64,000 nucleotides of DNA from an uncultured Bacteroidales bacterium. Its GTDB lineage: Bacteria > Bacteroidota > Bacteroidia > Bacteroidales > UBA10428. The notes beneath the pieces are model-generated. The model had not been told where the DNA came from and did no database searches. It saw only the letters and a list, made by a program, of their open reading frames with translations. A program made the position numbers and the translations under genes. The stretch spans positions 2,367 through 66,366 of the forward strand of contig CAZUBW010000011.1 of assembly GCA_964618645.1 (NCBI GenBank). Direction: 5' to 3'. Positions 62,600 through 64,000 of this stretch are shown here, piece after piece. The stretch's first letter is position 1. Every line of letters starts with the position of its first letter.

Positions 62600-62944
62600 A
62601 TGGAATTCGGTGAAATTGAAGAATTCAAAAAGGACTTGAAAAAGTTGTCAAAAAGATTTATTACGCTGCCTGATGATTTGGAGATAGTGAAGAAGGTTCT
62701 TACAGTAAATGCAGATGAGAGGCCTCCGTTCAGTTACCGGATCGAAGGATTGGCAATCAGGACTTGTATTATTAAAATTAAGAAAATTGCTTCAAGGAGC
62801 TTAAAGGGCAGGGGTGCCGACTCCGGGTTGCGTATTGTCTATGCGCATTACAAGGAAGAAGAAAGAATTACCTTTATTGAGTTGTATTTCAAGGGAGATA
62901 AAGAGAATGAAGACAGAGCACGAATACTCAGGAATTTTAGGTAA
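62600..62944 (+). CDS. RelE/ParE-superfamily toxin-like protein
   Basis: 114 aa starting 20 nt after the antitoxin stop. KKDLKKLSKRF.. helix pair followed by the GRGADSGLRIVYAHYKEEERITFIELYFKGDKENED beta-sheet pattern (compare KSGGYRVIY...LL.IY.K in RelE/HigB-type toxins). Confidence 0.65.
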   Translation: MEFGEIEEFKKDLKKLSKRFITLPDDLEIVKKVLTVNADERPPFSYRIEGLAIRTCIIKIKKIASRSLKGRGADSGLRIVYAHYKEEERITFIELYFKGDKENEDRARILRNFR

Positions 62945-63097
62945 GGATATTATTCTGCTAAAATGAATGACTTTGAAATCCTAAGGACCTTTTCTTGTTA
63001 GTGAAGATCTTAAAATATATCTTTGTTTTATACACCAAAGATTAATATATTATATTGTATATCAAATACATCAAAGAAACAAATACACTTACACCAT

Positions 63098-63736
63098 ATG
63101 AAAAATACTTTATTATTTTCTTTTTACTTCTTATCCATAACTCATCTGAGTTTATGTCAAACATCATCGAGCCAGGCAGTGATAACGGGTTTGAAAAATC
63201 AGATTGAAGCGCTGAAATCTGATACATCAAAGTTAATTAGAGAAAGAAATGAATTGACAGAGTTCAACAAACAACTGATTTTAGAAAATGGTTATCTGAA
63301 AAGTAAGATAGATTTATGCCAGGGCATTATTAAAAATGAAGAATTTAAAATAGCGCATGATCTGAAAAGATATGAAATAAAACTTGTTAGTTGCAAGGGT
63401 GAATCAGCTACTCAAAATGTAATAATTGAATTGCTCATAGTGCAATTAAATGCAACACAACACATTAAAATAAGAGATAATTTGCAGCTTTCATTTGCGA
63501 TTGATTTATTAGGTAACAATTGTCCTATCTACAAATTAAGTGATTCAAATTCCAGTTATGACTTAATGGTTCCAAGTGCTGTACCATATCGACTTTACAT
63601 TACCTATAAGCAGGTAATGCCAAAAACAGAAATGTTTTCATTAGCCCGGATAGAAGTTTTATATGGAAATACAGAAGGTGGGCCAAGTGATTATGGCTTT
63701 ATTGAATTAAGAAACTTGCCAATAGAATGGCAATAA
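63098..63736 (+). CDS. Hypothetical secreted protein (AT-rich ORFan)
   Basis: The ATG at 63098 gives MKNTLLFSFYFLSITHLSLCQ (signal). The ORF track start at 63023 is a TTG. Coiled-coil-like N-terminal third (IEALKSDTSKLIRERNELTEFNKQLILENGYLKSK). Followed by the hairpin gcaccccgttcggggc. Confidence 0.5.
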   Translation: MKNTLLFSFYFLSITHLSLCQTSSSQAVITGLKNQIEALKSDTSKLIRERNELTEFNKQLILENGYLKSKIDLCQGIIKNEEFKIAHDLKRYEIKLVSCKGESATQNVIIELLIVQLNATQHIKIRDNLQLSFAIDLLGNNCPIYKLSDSNSSYDLMVPSAVPYRLYITYKQVMPKTEMFSLARIEVLYGNTEGGPSDYGFIELRNLPIEWQ

Positions 63737-63932
63737 GGCGTTTGCTAATGCACCCCGTTCGGGGCAGGCTGTGTCCATAGCTGTCAAGCTAGAAAATATT
63801 CTATAGGACCAGGCACTCACTTTATTAATTTGAGCTTGGCTTTGAAAATACGCTATCCCCTGCCTACCGGCAGGCAGGCTCAGTGTGACTGGCGTTGTCA
63901 TACAGAGCCTGTCGAAGTATGACTTGTAGCAT

Positions 63933-63990
63933 GGCGGTCACAGACTGCACAACAAAATAAGCATAATTGCAGATTTCGCTTAGCGATGGG
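63933..63990. repeat. 58-nt repeat motif, copy 2
   Basis: ggcggtcacagactgcacaacaaaataagcataattgcagatttcgcttagcgatggg matches 57199-57256 at 48/58. Confidence 0.7.
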
Positions 63991-64000
63991 GGTTATCTTC

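Noticed and set aside
63764-63913. Possible fifth, degenerate copy of the TIR element (ggcaggctgtgt ... acagagcctgtc)
   Set aside because: The termini match the family only loosely (caggctgtgt versus gaggctgtgt, with mismatches between the arms), and the interior is unrelated to either subfamily. It is not safe to call without a genome-wide alignment.
56630-64000. Classic integrase-mediated genomic island at tRNA-Ser
   Set aside because: There is no integrase or recombinase gene, and no direct repeat of the tRNA 3' end that I could spot by eye in the window. I reported it only as an accessory-looking stretch.

Overview
This looks like a Bacteroidota chromosomal segment. The signs are SusC/SusD pairs, ECF-sigma/FecR pairs, gldE-gldD, a T9SS-type C-terminal tail and TAnnTTTG-type -7 boxes. 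Layout: (1) 1-2.9 kb holds a TonB-dependent receptor plus an HmuY-like heme lipoprotein. (2) 3.0-16.6 kb is a plus-strand PUL: ECF sigma, FecR, STN-SusC, SusD, FAD-oxidoreductase and an SGNH esterase. It contains no recognisable glycoside hydrolase. It is interrupted by a visibly AT-rich 3.3-kb cassette (small lipoprotein plus M4 protease with T9SS tail), and that cassette is flanked by a truncated and an intact copy of the esterase 5' end. (3) 16.6-36.4 kb is a roughly 20-kb all-minus-strand block: GH140-like protein, HD-gene remnant, TAT-Gfo/Idh/MocA, PmoA-like (DUF6807), a second Gfo-type lipoprotein, ECF sigma, FecR, STN-SusC, SusD, two large proteins I cannot assign to any family, a tiny lipoprotein ORF and an alpha/beta-hydrolase. 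(4) 36.6-56.3 kb is housekeeping: hsp20, M1 peptidase, dsbD-like, rng, a tiny basic protein missing from the ORF track, two HU genes, mutY, ssb, gldE, gldD, a PPTase, a GGGP-synthase-like gene, an S4-domain protein, htpG, a LytTR regulator and trmH. (5) 56.6-64 kb starts with tRNA-Ser(UGA) and continues as a repeat-rich accessory stretch: fasciclin protein, GH16, a four-helix-bundle protein, a second AT-rich cassette flanked by 48-bp direct repeats, a tandem-repeat protein, an XRE-Panacea/RelE-like toxin-antitoxin pair and an ORFan. A family of terminal-inverted-repeat elements (131-162 bp, at least 4 copies in 2 subfamilies) sits just after stop codons across the window. I saw no rRNA, CRISPR array, transposase or integrase. 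The best candidates for new biology are the GH-poor, oxidoreductase-rich minus-strand block with its two unassigned ~900-aa proteins, the two cassette insertions, and the XRE-Panacea TA pair. All family calls come from motif recognition by eye and memory, not from searches.
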